Shown here one piece after another: positions 25,957 to 35,871 of a DNA stretch of 57,941 bases; within the stretch, counting starts at the first letter, position 1; each line of letters begins with the position of its first letter. This stretch comes from Candidatus Dormibacteraceae bacterium. Lineage in GTDB: Bacteria > Chloroflexota > Dormibacteria > Dormibacterales > Dormibacteraceae. The notes below the pieces were generated by a model. That model made no database searches, had not been told where the DNA came from, and saw only the letters and a list, made by a program, of their open reading frames with translations. Location: positions 1 to 57,941 of the forward strand of contig JBGPEO010000001.1 in NCBI GenBank assembly GCA_041482895.1, given 5' to 3'. The position numbers were made by a program, and so were the translations under genes.

Positions 25957-27187
25957 GCGCCGCTATCTTAGGTTCGTGCGCGTGACCGTCCCGGACTCGC
26001 GCCGGACGGTTGTGCTTTACATTGCCGCCGGCGCGTCATTCGCGGCTCTATCTGCTCGCGGGCTCACCGTGCCGCTGTACGCGCACGACCTTGGCGCAAG
26101 CAGGTTCGAGGTCGGCGCTCTCTTCTCGGTCTCTACTCTGGCGGCGGCCCTGCTCTCGCTGCCGTCGGGAATCCTTGTCGATCGCTTTGGCCCTCGAGCC
26201 CTACTGGGCACCTCGTTTGTGCTCGCGGCGGGATCGCAGCTCGCGACTGCGTTCACGCCCAACGTCCCTCTTTTGTTCCTCTGGCAGGTGATTGGCGGAT
26301 TGGCCGCCGGGGCCCAGCAGTCGGCGCTCTTCAGCGCGGTGACGGAATCCACCGCCGGCAGCCGCCTTGGACGCGCCATGGGCTGGTTGACCTTTTCCAT
26401 GCAAGCGGGCTTCTTCCTGGGACCATCGATCGCCGGCGTCGCGCTGCGCTGGATCGACTTGAGAACGGACATCGGGGTGACGACCGCGCTTCTGCTTTTC
26501 GCTGCCCCCGCAGCATTTGCGGCGAGCGGGACTCGACAGCACACGGGTCGAGGCCTCAACTTGAGCGCGCCCCTCCGAGCGCTGCTCGGGAACCGCTCGT
26601 TCGTGCCGGTGTCGATCGGTTTGGTTGCGGCGACGCTCGTGATGGGAACCGTCGGGGCATATCTCCCGGTGTTCGGGCGCGAGGGGCTGGGTCTGCCGAG
26701 CGCCCAGGTGGGCTACCTGCTCGCGCTGCAGGCTGTGGTCAACGGACTCTCACGACTGCCGGGCGGCCGGATGGTGGACCGCGCGCGTCAACGCTGGCCG
26801 ATCGTATTCGTCGGCGTCCTCGGCTGGTCGGCCGCGTGCGTCGTGCTCGGCCACCTGACCGGCTTTGTCGGTCCTGCCATCGTCCTGGCGGTCGGCACCC
26901 CGTTCATCGCGACGGCTTTCGTCGCCATGGGAGTTGTGTTCGGCGACCTGTCTGCTTCCTCGACCCGCGGAGTGACGATGGGCGTCTACGGCACGATCCT
27001 GTTCCTGGGGCTGTCGATCGGCCCGCTTGTGTTCGGGCCGGTGGTGCAGAGCTTCGGCTACGCGGCCGGGTTCACCGCCGCTGCCGTGGCTGCGTCGGCG
27101 CTTGTGCTCGTGATGGCCGCGCTGCACGCCGAGCCGCTTCGCGGTCGGGCCGAGGTCCCTCTGCCTCCGCCGGCGCCAGGGACCTGA
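25955..27187 (+). CDS. MFS transporter
   Basis: 410 aa, about 12 TM helices, with a GxLVDRFGPR-type motif between TM2 and TM3. Confidence 0.8.
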   Translation: MRRYLRFVRVTVPDSRRTVVLYIAAGASFAALSARGLTVPLYAHDLGASRFEVGALFSVSTLAAALLSLPSGILVDRFGPRALLGTSFVLAAGSQLATAFTPNVPLLFLWQVIGGLAAGAQQSALFSAVTESTAGSRLGRAMGWLTFSMQAGFFLGPSIAGVALRWIDLRTDIGVTTALLLFAAPAAFAASGTRQHTGRGLNLSAPLRALLGNRSFVPVSIGLVAATLVMGTVGAYLPVFGREGLGLPSAQVGYLLALQAVVNGLSRLPGGRMVDRARQRWPIVFVGVLGWSAACVVLGHLTGFVGPAIVLAVGTPFIATAFVAMGVVFGDLSASSTRGVTMGVYGTILFLGLSIGPLVFGPVVQSFGYAAGFTAAAVAASALVLVMAALHAEPLRGRAEVPLPPPAPGT

Positions 27188-27671
27188 CGTATTCCGCCAC
27201 CACTCTCGTGTGGCTGGGGAATGCAAGCGGGGGTAACGAGTTCGGTGGGAAAACTCTGACTTCGAGCATCTCCGCTCCGGCGGCCGGCCGCGCTCCATCG
27301 ACCAGGCGACCCCTATATGCGATGCCGATCATGCTCGGCGCGTCGGTCTTCGCGATGTGGTACACCCCGATTAGCCCGGTCAGCTCGACGGGCGCGCAGA
27401 TCTCCTCGCGGCACTCGCGCACGGCCGCGAGCGCGGGGTCCTCGTCATCGTTGACGAACCCACCCGGCAGGCACCAGAGGCCATAGCCGGGCTCGATCGA
27501 CCTGCGCCCCAAGACGATCCCGCCGTCTGCTTCTACCACCACCGCCGTCGAGACCTTCGGGTCGTGCCACAACACAAAGCTGTCGCGCGGGCAGGCCTCG
27601 ACCTCGCGACCTTCGATGACGCGTGGCACCAACGCTGCGCCGCAGTTGACGCAGAAATGTCCCATTACCAA
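27072..27671 (-). CDS. Nudix hydrolase with N-terminal Zn-ribbon-like motif (NudC-like)
   Basis: Nudix box GGFVNDDEDPALAAVRECREEI and N-terminal CVNCG...ACP. The low-complexity R/A/P C-terminal tail overlaps the convergent MFS gene by 116 nt. Confidence 0.8.
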   Translation of the reverse strand: MVMGHFCVNCGAALVPRVIEGREVEACPRDSFVLWHDPKVSTAVVVEADGGIVLGRRSIEPGYGLWCLPGGFVNDDEDPALAAVRECREEICAPVELTGLIGVYHIAKTDAPSMIGIAYRGRLVDGARPAAGAEMLEVRVFPPNSLPPLAFPSHTRVVAEYVRSLAPAEAEGPRPDREAARRAARPSRAQAPTQPRQRR

Positions 27672-27695
27672 CTGGACTGTAGCGGCCGGACGAGG

Positions 27696-28847
<1,152 letters not shown>

Positions 28848-28914
28848 GGGACCAAAACCCTCCCTGGGCTGAAGTTGTCATAGGTTAACGCTCGAGCCCC
28901 GAACTTGAGTCGGC

Positions 28915-29080
28915 GATCTACGCGGGGGAGGACAGCCGTCGCGCGCAAGCGCGATAGGGTTCGGCCTCCTGATCGCTCCCCCACGGTACCCCCTCCTCTC
29001 CTCAGCGACGCAAGGAGTCGCTTGGAAGTGACGCCCTTGGGTGACGGCCGGAGTAGATCCGGCCTAAAGCTCCCCTCAGC
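28915..29080 (+). repeat. Copy of the GGCCGGAGTA(A/G)ATCCGGCC dispersed repeat family (long variant)
   Basis: Contains CGCGGGGGAGGACAGCCGTCGCGCGCAAGCGCGAT...CCCCCACGGTACCCCCTCC...GACGGCCGGAGTAGATCCGGCCTAAAGCTCCCCTCAGC. It is collinear with the reverse complement of 57661..57865. Confidence 0.8.
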
Positions 29081-29121
29081 CCCGGGTCGAAAAAGGCCCG
29101 TCGGGATATACTCGCCGTGAT

Positions 29122-29934
29122 CTGGAGCCCCTCTCTTTCGACGACCTCCCGCTAGGTGGTGAATGGACCACCCGGCGACGCACCATTTCTGAATCAGAGA
29201 TAGCTCTGTTTGCCGGTGTCTCCGGCGATTTCTCGCCCCTTTCGATCGAAGCCGCCCCTGGCCACGCCCGCCCGGTGCCACCCACGCTCCTCGTCGCCAT
29301 CGCGGTGGGCCTGGGCACGATCGACATGCCGGTGCCGTCGGTCGAGGAGTGGGAATGGCTCAACTGGACGTTTCCCCGCGCGGTGCATGCCGGCGACACG
29401 GTCTACGCGCGCTGGTCGCTGACCCAGAAACGGCCCCCACTCGGCGAGGCGCCGACCTCGATCGTCGTCTGGCGGGTCGACGTCCACACGGCCGACGGCG
29501 TCCTGTGCGCCGAGGGCGAGGTGGGAGCCAAGGTCAGGCGCCGCCTGCTCCCTAAGGAGCGTGAGCGCGCCCAGGAACCAGCCGCGGCCGGTCCCGCGGG
29601 AGCCGCCGGGGCGGCCGCCCCTCGCAGCAGGCGCCGGAGACGCCGCCCGGCCGGCGCGACTGGGCCGCTGCCCGACGCGGCGCCGGTCGTCGCCACCCCA
29701 ACCGCCGCGGTCGCCAAGCCTGAAAGGGCCGCTGGAGCGCCCAGAAGGCGGCGGCGGCGGCGGCCATCCGGCGGCGCGTCAACCCACGACGGGGAACCTG
29801 GCGGGAATCCGTCGCCCTCGGCTGAGTCTGCATCTCCGCCCCCTGCCGCTGCGGCCCCACCGAGCGCCAGCGCGACCGAACGCGGCGGGCTCAGCGGGGT
29901 GATCCGGCGGCTCCGCCAACCGAGACGAACCTAG
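29122..29934 (+). CDS. MaoC-like (R)-hydratase hotdog protein with Arg/Pro/Ala-rich C-terminal tail
   Basis: My translation from CTG at 29122: LEPLSFDDLPLGGEWTTRRRTISESEIALFAGVSGDFSPL...WTFPRAVHAGDTVYARWSL...VVWRVDVHTADGVLCAEGEVGAKV. The track ORF starts only at GTG 29275, which would cut off the conserved N-terminal half. Confidence 0.6.
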   Translation: MEPLSFDDLPLGGEWTTRRRTISESEIALFAGVSGDFSPLSIEAAPGHARPVPPTLLVAIAVGLGTIDMPVPSVEEWEWLNWTFPRAVHAGDTVYARWSLTQKRPPLGEAPTSIVVWRVDVHTADGVLCAEGEVGAKVRRRLLPKERERAQEPAAAGPAGAAGAAAPRSRRRRRRPAGATGPLPDAAPVVATPTAAVAKPERAAGAPRRRRRRRPSGGASTHDGEPGGNPSPSAESASPPPAAAAPPSASATERGGLSGVIRRLRQPRRT

Positions 29935-30788
29935 AGGGCTTCCAGGAACTCGATCACGCGCCTGGTCAGCTGGGTCGGAGTCGAGGCGCCGCTCGTCACG
30001 CCGACCTTGCGGGCGCCGGCGAACCAGCTGAGGTCGAGGTCCTCGAACTTGTCGACCAGGTAGGCCGGCTTCTTGCCGAGCTTCTTGACCACCTCGACCA
30101 GGCGCAGCGAGTTGGATGAGCGCGGGCTGCCGACCACGATCACGAGGTCGACGTGCTGCGCCGCTTCGACCGCCGCCTCCTGGCGCTCCTGGGTCGCCCG
30201 GCAGATCTCGTTGTGCACCTCGGCCTGCGGATAGCGTGCCCTGACCCGATCGATCAGGTCCTCCGTGTCCCAGACGGATAGCGTCGTCTGGCATGTGACT
30301 GCGATCCGGTCGCCCTGCAGGTCGAGCGCCTCGATGTCCTTGGGATCCTGGACGAGGTGAACCTTGCCGGGGGCCTCGCCCATCACGCCTTCGGGTTCGG
30401 GGTGGCCCTTGCGGCCGATGTACACGACGTCGTAACCCTTGTTCGCGAGGTCGGCGACCAGCTCGTGAGTGCGCACGACGTCTGAGCACGTGGCGTCGAC
30501 GGGCTTCAGACCCAGCTCGACCGCGCGCTGTTTGACCTGCGGCGACACACCGTGCGCCGTGAAGATGACCGTACCTTCCTTGATCTGGTCCAACCCGGCG
30601 AAACGGTCGGGCTGATCGACCAGCGCGATTCCCTGCGCCTGCAGGTCATCGGTTGCGTGGGTGTTGTGGACGAGCATGCCGAGCATGTGCACGGGCCCGT
30701 TGGTCTCCTCCCGCACGCGCTTGGCGATCCGGAAGGCGTCTACCACGCCGTGGCAGTACCCGCGCGGCGTGATCTTGAGGACTTCCAT
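29931..30788 (-). CDS. ispH: 4-hydroxy-3-methylbut-2-enyl diphosphate reductase
   Basis: MEVLKITPRGYCHGVVDAFRIA...HMLGMLVHN...FTAHGVSP, with conserved Cys/His positions. Length is 285 aa. Confidence 0.9.
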   Translation of the reverse strand: MEVLKITPRGYCHGVVDAFRIAKRVREETNGPVHMLGMLVHNTHATDDLQAQGIALVDQPDRFAGLDQIKEGTVIFTAHGVSPQVKQRAVELGLKPVDATCSDVVRTHELVADLANKGYDVVYIGRKGHPEPEGVMGEAPGKVHLVQDPKDIEALDLQGDRIAVTCQTTLSVWDTEDLIDRVRARYPQAEVHNEICRATQERQEAAVEAAQHVDLVIVVGSPRSSNSLRLVEVVKKLGKKPAYLVDKFEDLDLSWFAGARKVGVTSGASTPTQLTRRVIEFLEAL

Positions 30789-30811
30789 GGTCTCGCTCGA
30801 GTCTACGTGAG

Positions 30812-31651
30812 ATGATTTCGCGCGCCATGGCAGTCGCCGCGGCCGGCCTCGTCCGGTCCGAACGGGCCCTCTACGCCCGCGAGGCGCGACTCGCCCGCGT
30901 CTTGGCCGTGCTGGTCGACACCGTGATCGTTGGCGCGCTCACCTTCGTCGTCAACAGCGTCTTCGGGGTGGAGCAGGTGACCTCGGGATCGCCGGTGGCC
31001 GATGTCGCCGGTTTCTCCCACTACACCACCAGCACCATGGTGGCCTGGCCATGGCTGACCGTGTTCGGGATTCTCTACTTCGCTACTACCGAAGCGATGT
31101 TTGGAGGTTCGCCGGGCAAGCTCTCGGTGAGGCTGCGAGTGGTCCGGGCCGATGGGCTGCCGCTCAACCTCAGTGCGGTGGTGATCCGCAACCTGTTGAA
31201 ACCGATCGATTGGCTGCCGGTCTTCTACCTGCTGGGCGGAGCTTCTGTGCTTGCCACGGCTAACAGCCAGCGGCTTGGGGACCTGGCTGCGGGCACGACG
31301 GTCGTTCACCGGCACCGCGCGTTGGAGCCTGGCGCAACGCGAAGCTCGAGCCCCTACGCGCGGCGGGTGGCCGGCCTCATCCTGGCCACCGCGTTGTTGT
31401 TCCTCATCGCGTTCAACTACTTCGGCCGCCCACCGCTCGTCATCGAGGGACTCTTCAATACCAATCGCCTGGGCCCGCGACAAGCGGCCTCTTACGTGCT
31501 GGGCTCGCCGCAATGGGGTTTTGGCACGGTGACGTATTCAGTGGCAACGCGCAGTCCCGGAATCAATGGCACCTGCGGAGGGATGATCACGTTGAACTGG
31601 TTCGTACTCGGCTGGACCGAAGGAACCTCGTCATTCAGCTGCCTGTATTAG
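30812..31651 (+). CDS. RDD-family membrane protein with C-terminal extension
   Basis: RLARVLAVLVDTVIVGAL...GGSPGKLSVRLRVVRADG matches the RDD domain layout. Confidence 0.75.
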   Translation: MISRAMAVAAAGLVRSERALYAREARLARVLAVLVDTVIVGALTFVVNSVFGVEQVTSGSPVADVAGFSHYTTSTMVAWPWLTVFGILYFATTEAMFGGSPGKLSVRLRVVRADGLPLNLSAVVIRNLLKPIDWLPVFYLLGGASVLATANSQRLGDLAAGTTVVHRHRALEPGATRSSSPYARRVAGLILATALLFLIAFNYFGRPPLVIEGLFNTNRLGPRQAASYVLGSPQWGFGTVTYSVATRSPGINGTCGGMITLNWFVLGWTEGTSSFSCLY

Positions 31652-32451
31652 CTGATCCCCGCGAACAGGTCGTTCTCCGGTAGCTCCGAGCCCGGCTTGC
31701 CACGCGCCAGCTGGTAGTACTCCGTGCCGAACGCGAGCTCGTAGATCTGGCTCGCCATCGTCGCGAACCACGAGTTGGGATCGTTCTGGCTCACATGCGC
31801 GCCAAACGCCTGGCGTTTCTGGTCGACGTAGTCGTGGACGTCGACGCGCGTCGTCACTAGCTCGTCGGGCGTGCCGGCGATGCGCATGTTTGCGTTCTGG
31901 CGCTGCGCCTCTTCCGGCATCTGCGTCATGAACGCTTCCATCATCGATCGGGGAATTGCGGTGTAGTAGAGCTTCTTCGGAGCCCAGCCTTCACGCTCGA
32001 GCAGGTCGAGGGCCGCGTTCGTGACGAAGTGCGCCTTGATGTGGTCCGGGTGCCCGTAGACGCCGTCCTCGGCGTACGTCGCCACCACATCCGGCCGCTC
32101 ATCGCGCATGAGCGCGGCCAGCTTGGCGGCCGCTTCGTCAAGTCGCGCCTGGTGGAACGAACGCGGGTCCTTGTTGTCCGCCGTGTCGACCATGCCTGAG
32201 TCGCGGTAGCCGAGGAACTCGATCCGGTCGACTCCTAGAATCTCGGCCGCGTTCTTCAGCTCTTGGGTCCGGATCTCGCCCAGGCGCGGACGCGACGACG
32301 TCTCATCCATGTTGTAGATCTCGCCAACCTCCCCGCGAGTCGCGGTGGCGAGCACCACGCGGTGACCGTGGGCTTTGGCCTTCATCATCACGCCGCCGGT
32401 CGAGATCGACTCGTCGTCGGGATGGGCGTGAACGAGGAGCAGTGTTCCCAT
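31648..32451 (-). CDS. PIG-L family deacetylase (MshB/Mca-like)
   Basis: LLLVHAHPDDESISTGG...TRGEVGE...HPDH matches the LmbE/PIG-L zinc deacetylase motifs. Its ATG directly follows the stop of the upstream HAD gene. Confidence 0.85.
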   Translation of the reverse strand: MGTLLLVHAHPDDESISTGGVMMKAKAHGHRVVLATATRGEVGEIYNMDETSSRPRLGEIRTQELKNAAEILGVDRIEFLGYRDSGMVDTADNKDPRSFHQARLDEAAAKLAALMRDERPDVVATYAEDGVYGHPDHIKAHFVTNAALDLLEREGWAPKKLYYTAIPRSMMEAFMTQMPEEAQRQNANMRIAGTPDELVTTRVDVHDYVDQKRQAFGAHVSQNDPNSWFATMASQIYELAFGTEYYQLARGKPGSELPENDLFAGIS

Positions 32452-33237
32452 CTAGTTCGCTCCGATCAACATGTCGGCGAGCTGCTTGATTCCCCCGTGT
32501 CCCGGTCCGGGGATGGTCCGATCGGCGGCGGCGACAACCTCCGGAGGCGAACCCTCCACGGCGACGCCAAGCCCGGCCCACGCGATCATCGTTGCATCGT
32601 TGCGCCCGTCACCAACCGCCACACATTGATCTTGCGGTATGCCGAGCCTGTCGCACAGAAACGCGGCTGCCGAAGCCTTGTCGCTCTCGACACTGGTGAA
32701 CTCGAGATAGGTCGGCACTGACGTCGCGACGTTCAACCTGCCTTCCCACCGCTTCCTCGCCTCCGGCATGAGCGTCTCCAGGGTCGAGGCCGTCGAGACG
32801 ATCACGAGCTTCGGCGTGGTCGGGCCCATCGCCGCGTCAAGGTCGCCCACCACATGGATCTCCATGCCGGCGTGGTTCGCATATTCGTGAGCCTCAGGCC
32901 TGTCGCGCTCGACGATCAATTTGTCGTCCCGATACGCCTGGACGTGCAGGTCTCCCTCGCGGGCGAAGCGGATCACCTCCATCGCGAGATCGTGCTTCAC
33001 TCCGTGGTCGAGGATCTTGGTGCCATCCGGCAGCCGGATCTCGGCGCCCTGGTAGCAGATGATCGGACCGTCAAGGCCCAGCCTCTCGACCCAGGGCAGC
33101 GCGCCCGGAAAGGGCCGGCCGGTGCACGCGATGACGGTCACGCCCGCGAAGATGATCTGGCCTAGCGCCTCGACGTCGCGCGGGTCGAGGTTCAACTTCA
33201 TGTCCAGGATCGTCCCGTCGAGGTCGAGGGCAACCAG
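32452..33237 (-). CDS. Cof-type HAD-IIB phosphatase
   Basis: The track ORF starts at ATG 33201, but the in-frame upstream sequence reads YRLVALDLDGTILD, the HAD motif I with its catalytic Asp. The start must therefore be CTG 33237 or ATA 33264 (ATAG overlap with the upstream stop). Downstream motifs are CTGRPF and GDGRNDATM. Confidence 0.75.
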   Translation of the reverse strand: MVALDLDGTILDMKLNLDPRDVEALGQIIFAGVTVIACTGRPFPGALPWVERLGLDGPIICYQGAEIRLPDGTKILDHGVKHDLAMEVIRFAREGDLHVQAYRDDKLIVERDRPEAHEYANHAGMEIHVVGDLDAAMGPTTPKLVIVSTASTLETLMPEARKRWEGRLNVATSVPTYLEFTSVESDKASAAAFLCDRLGIPQDQCVAVGDGRNDATMIAWAGLGVAVEGSPPEVVAAADRTIPGPGHGGIKQLADMLIGAN

Positions 33238-33260
33238 GCGGTATTGAAGGGCCGCTTTCG

Positions 33261-34244
33261 CTATCTCTTGACCTCTGGATTCAACAGGTTCGGCGGGCGG
33301 CCGCCGCGCACCGCGGTCGCCATGTTGCGCGCGGCCATCGCGGACATCTCCGATCGCGTGCGCACGGTGGCGCTGGCGATGTGCGGGGCGAGAACGACGT
33401 TGGGCATTGGGATCAGGCCTGGGTGGACAGCCGGCTCCCGCTCATAAACGTCCAGGGCCGCGCCCGCGATCTTCTTGGCGTTGAGCGCATCGACGAGCGC
33501 CGCCTCGTCGACCACCGGGCCGCGCGAGGTGTTGATGAGGATCGCGGTCCTCTTCATCTGGCCGAACTGCGGAGTGCTGAGCAGGTGCTGGGTCTCCGGG
33601 GTCAAAGGCACGTGCACCGAGACGAAATCGGATTCCGCGAGCAGCCTGCCCAGGTCGACGCGCGTCGCGCCGAGGTCTCGCTCGGCGTCCGGAGGCAAGG
33701 GCTGAGGGTCGTAGTACAGCACTCGCATGTTGAATCCCTTGGCCCGATGCGCCACGCCGCGGCCGATTCTGCCCACCCCGATCAGTCCAAGCGTCGCACC
33801 ATGGACGTCCGCGCCCAGCATCATGTCGATCGCCCATCCTCTGAAGCGTCCCTGGCGGGTGAAGCTGTCGGCCTCGACGATTCTTCGCGCGGCGGCCATC
33901 AGCAGAGTGAAGGCAAAGTCGGCGGTGGCGTCGTCCAGCACGCCGGGTGTGTTCGTGACCATGACCTTGTGCGCGGTGGCCGTAGGTACGTCGATGTTGT
34001 CGAACCCGACGGCCACATTGCTGACGATCTTCAAGCCGGGCGCCGACAGGACGGTCTCGCGAATCGGGTCCATCAGCTGGCTCATGATCCCGACACAGCC
34101 TTCGGCGGCTCGCCGGATGCTCGCCTCGTCGAGCGGCTGGCCGGCAGGGTAGGCGACCACCTCGGCGGCTTCGGCCAGGATCGCCGGACCCGGGTCGAGG
34201 ATGGGGTGCAAAAGGAGGACGCGTGCTCGACCGCCCGTGCTCAT
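33261..34244 (-). CDS. D-2-hydroxyacid dehydrogenase (glyoxylate/hydroxypyruvate reductase-like)
   Basis: Inner part of ORF 33261..34469 from MSTGGRARVLLLHP. It has the GLIGVGRIGRGVA Rossmann motif, INTSRG and APHIASAT. Confidence 0.85.
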   Translation of the reverse strand: MSTGGRARVLLLHPILDPGPAILAEAAEVVAYPAGQPLDEASIRRAAEGCVGIMSQLMDPIRETVLSAPGLKIVSNVAVGFDNIDVPTATAHKVMVTNTPGVLDDATADFAFTLLMAAARRIVEADSFTRQGRFRGWAIDMMLGADVHGATLGLIGVGRIGRGVAHRAKGFNMRVLYYDPQPLPPDAERDLGATRVDLGRLLAESDFVSVHVPLTPETQHLLSTPQFGQMKRTAILINTSRGPVVDEAALVDALNAKKIAGAALDVYEREPAVHPGLIPMPNVVLAPHIASATVRTRSEMSAMAARNMATAVRGGRPPNLLNPEVKR

Positions 34245-34819
34245 GGATTCAGTCCCAGCTCCTGTGCGATCGGTTTCAGGGCATCGCGGACGAGCTCCAC
34301 GTGCTCGTCGAAGGGTATACCGAGCGCCTCTGCTCCTGCGACCAGCTCCTCGCGGTGCACGCCGCGGGCAAACGCCTTGTCCTTCATCTTCTTGCGCACC
34401 GTGCTCGGCTCGACCGCGCTCAAGGACTTGTCGGGCTTGACCAGCGCGCAGGCGATGATGAAGCCGCACATCTCATCCACGGCGTTCAGCGCCTTGCGGA
34501 TGTTGGTGTCGCGAGGGACGCTCAGATAGTCGGCGTGCGAGGCGATGTCGTCGAGGATGTCCTCGGACCAGCCTCGCTCCCGCAGCATCGCTATCCCGCG
34601 CATCGGATGGAGGTCGAGCGTCGGGCCCGATTCGTAGTCCCAATCGTGGATGAGGCCAAGCACGGCCCAGCGCTCCTCGTCCTCGCCAAAGCGACGCGCG
34701 TAGGCGCGCATCGCCGCCTCGACGCTTCGCATGTGGCGGCGCAGCTGATCTGTCTTTGTCATCGACGTGACGAGCTCCCACGCTTCGTCCCTGGTCGGTT
34801 GCCGAGTCGGTTGCGTCAG
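34241..34819 (-). CDS. HD-domain phosphohydrolase (COG2316-like)
   Basis: HDWDY and the VEAAMRAYARRFGEDEE block. The conserved N-terminal PTRDEAWELV lies upstream of the first ATG (34762). CTG at 34819 overlaps the hisC stop as CTGA and sits 8 nt after AAGGGAG. Confidence 0.75.
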   Translation of the reverse strand: MTQPTRQPTRDEAWELVTSMTKTDQLRRHMRSVEAAMRAYARRFGEDEERWAVLGLIHDWDYESGPTLDLHPMRGIAMLRERGWSEDILDDIASHADYLSVPRDTNIRKALNAVDEMCGFIIACALVKPDKSLSAVEPSTVRKKMKDKAFARGVHREELVAGAEALGIPFDEHVELVRDALKPIAQELGLNP

Positions 34820-35871
34820 ATCAATATCTCCCTTAGAGCCTCGAGGAGGCGTTCGTGCTGGTCGCGTGTGCCGACCGTGATCCGGAACCAGCCGGCGATC
34901 GGGTCACGATCGTAATGGCGGACGAGTATGCGCCGCTCCCGTAAGGCGTCCGCGACCGCAGCCGCCGCGTTGCCCGGGGCCGGCTTGACGAAGACGAAAT
35001 TGGCCTCCGAGGGCGAGTGCTCGAAGCCAAGCTCGTGGAGCTGGAGCTCCAGCCAGCGGCGCTCCGCGACGACGTGGTCGACGATCTTGCGGTGATGCTC
35101 CTCGTCCTCGATCGCGGCTTTAGCCGCCACGATCGCCAGGCGGTCCAGGTTGTACGAATCCTTGACCGCATCCAGGTCCGCAACGAGCTCCTGGCTCCCC
35201 AGCGCGTAGCCGATTCGCATGCCCGCCAACGCGTAGGACTTGGACATCGTGCGAAGGATCAAGAGGTTGCCGTGCTTCGCCAGCAGGGAAACCTGCGACT
35301 CGAACGCGAAATCGACGTACGCCTCATCGAGCACGACCACGCCTTTCGATCGGACGAGGACGCGCTCGACCGACGCGCCGCCGTGCCAGGTCCCCGTCGG
35401 CGAGTTCGGGTTGACGAGGAACTTGAGCGGCGCCTGGTCGTCCATCAGTTCGCTTGACCAGGTGAACATGTCGTTGCTCGGGTTGGGCGCCGGAACGGCG
35501 TCGTGGAGCCTGCAGAGCGGCTCCAGCAGCGGATAGGTGGGAGTGGGATAAGCGACGCGGTCGCCGGCGCCGGCGAAGGCGCGCAGGCACATCTCGATCA
35601 GCTCATCCGCGCCATTTCCCAGCGTGACCTGCGACACGTGGAGGTCGAAGTGCTTCGCGATGGCCTCCCGCGCCGGGGCCGCCGTCGGGCTCGGATACAG
35701 ACGCAGCGACTCGTCGGTCGCCGCCTTGATCGCTTCGATCACCTTTGTCGACGGCTCCAGCGGCGACTCGTTGGTGTTGAGCTTGACCCAACCCTCGCCG
35801 TCGGGCGGCTGCTCGCCCGGGACGTATGGCCGGAAGCCGGCCAGGCCCTTTCTCAGGAAGCTTTTCGACAT
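34816..35871 (-). CDS. hisC: Histidinol-phosphate aminotransferase
   Basis: FRPYVPGEQP...VKLNTNESP...SKSYALAGMRIGY (PLP lysine motif). Length is 351 aa. Confidence 0.85.
   Translation of the reverse strand: MSKSFLRKGLAGFRPYVPGEQPPDGEGWVKLNTNESPLEPSTKVIEAIKAATDESLRLYPSPTAAPAREAIAKHFDLHVSQVTLGNGADELIEMCLRAFAGAGDRVAYPTPTYPLLEPLCRLHDAVPAPNPSNDMFTWSSELMDDQAPLKFLVNPNSPTGTWHGGASVERVLVRSKGVVVLDEAYVDFAFESQVSLLAKHGNLLILRTMSKSYALAGMRIGYALGSQELVADLDAVKDSYNLDRLAIVAAKAAIEDEEHHRKIVDHVVAERRWLELQLHELGFEHSPSEANFVFVKPAPGNAAAAVADALRERRILVRHYDRDPIAGWFRITVGTRDQHERLLEALREILI

Noticed and set aside
27072-27187. The 116-nt convergent overlap between the Nudix gene tail and the MFS gene, as evidence for a frameshift or antisense regulation.
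   Set aside because: The Nudix domain is complete well before the overlap. The overlapping tail is R/A/P low complexity that probably reflects the lack of a stop codon in GC-rich sequence. Nothing in the sequence demonstrates an indel.
28905-29120. Small ORFs sharing the peptide GDGRS(K/R)SGL (28905..29120 on the plus strand, 57579..57827 on the minus strand, and the N-terminal part of 37446..39038) as a possible small-protein family.
   Set aside because: The shared peptide is just the translation of the GGCCGGAGTAAATCCGGCC hairpin of the DNA repeat. The frames and flanking residues are not conserved between copies.
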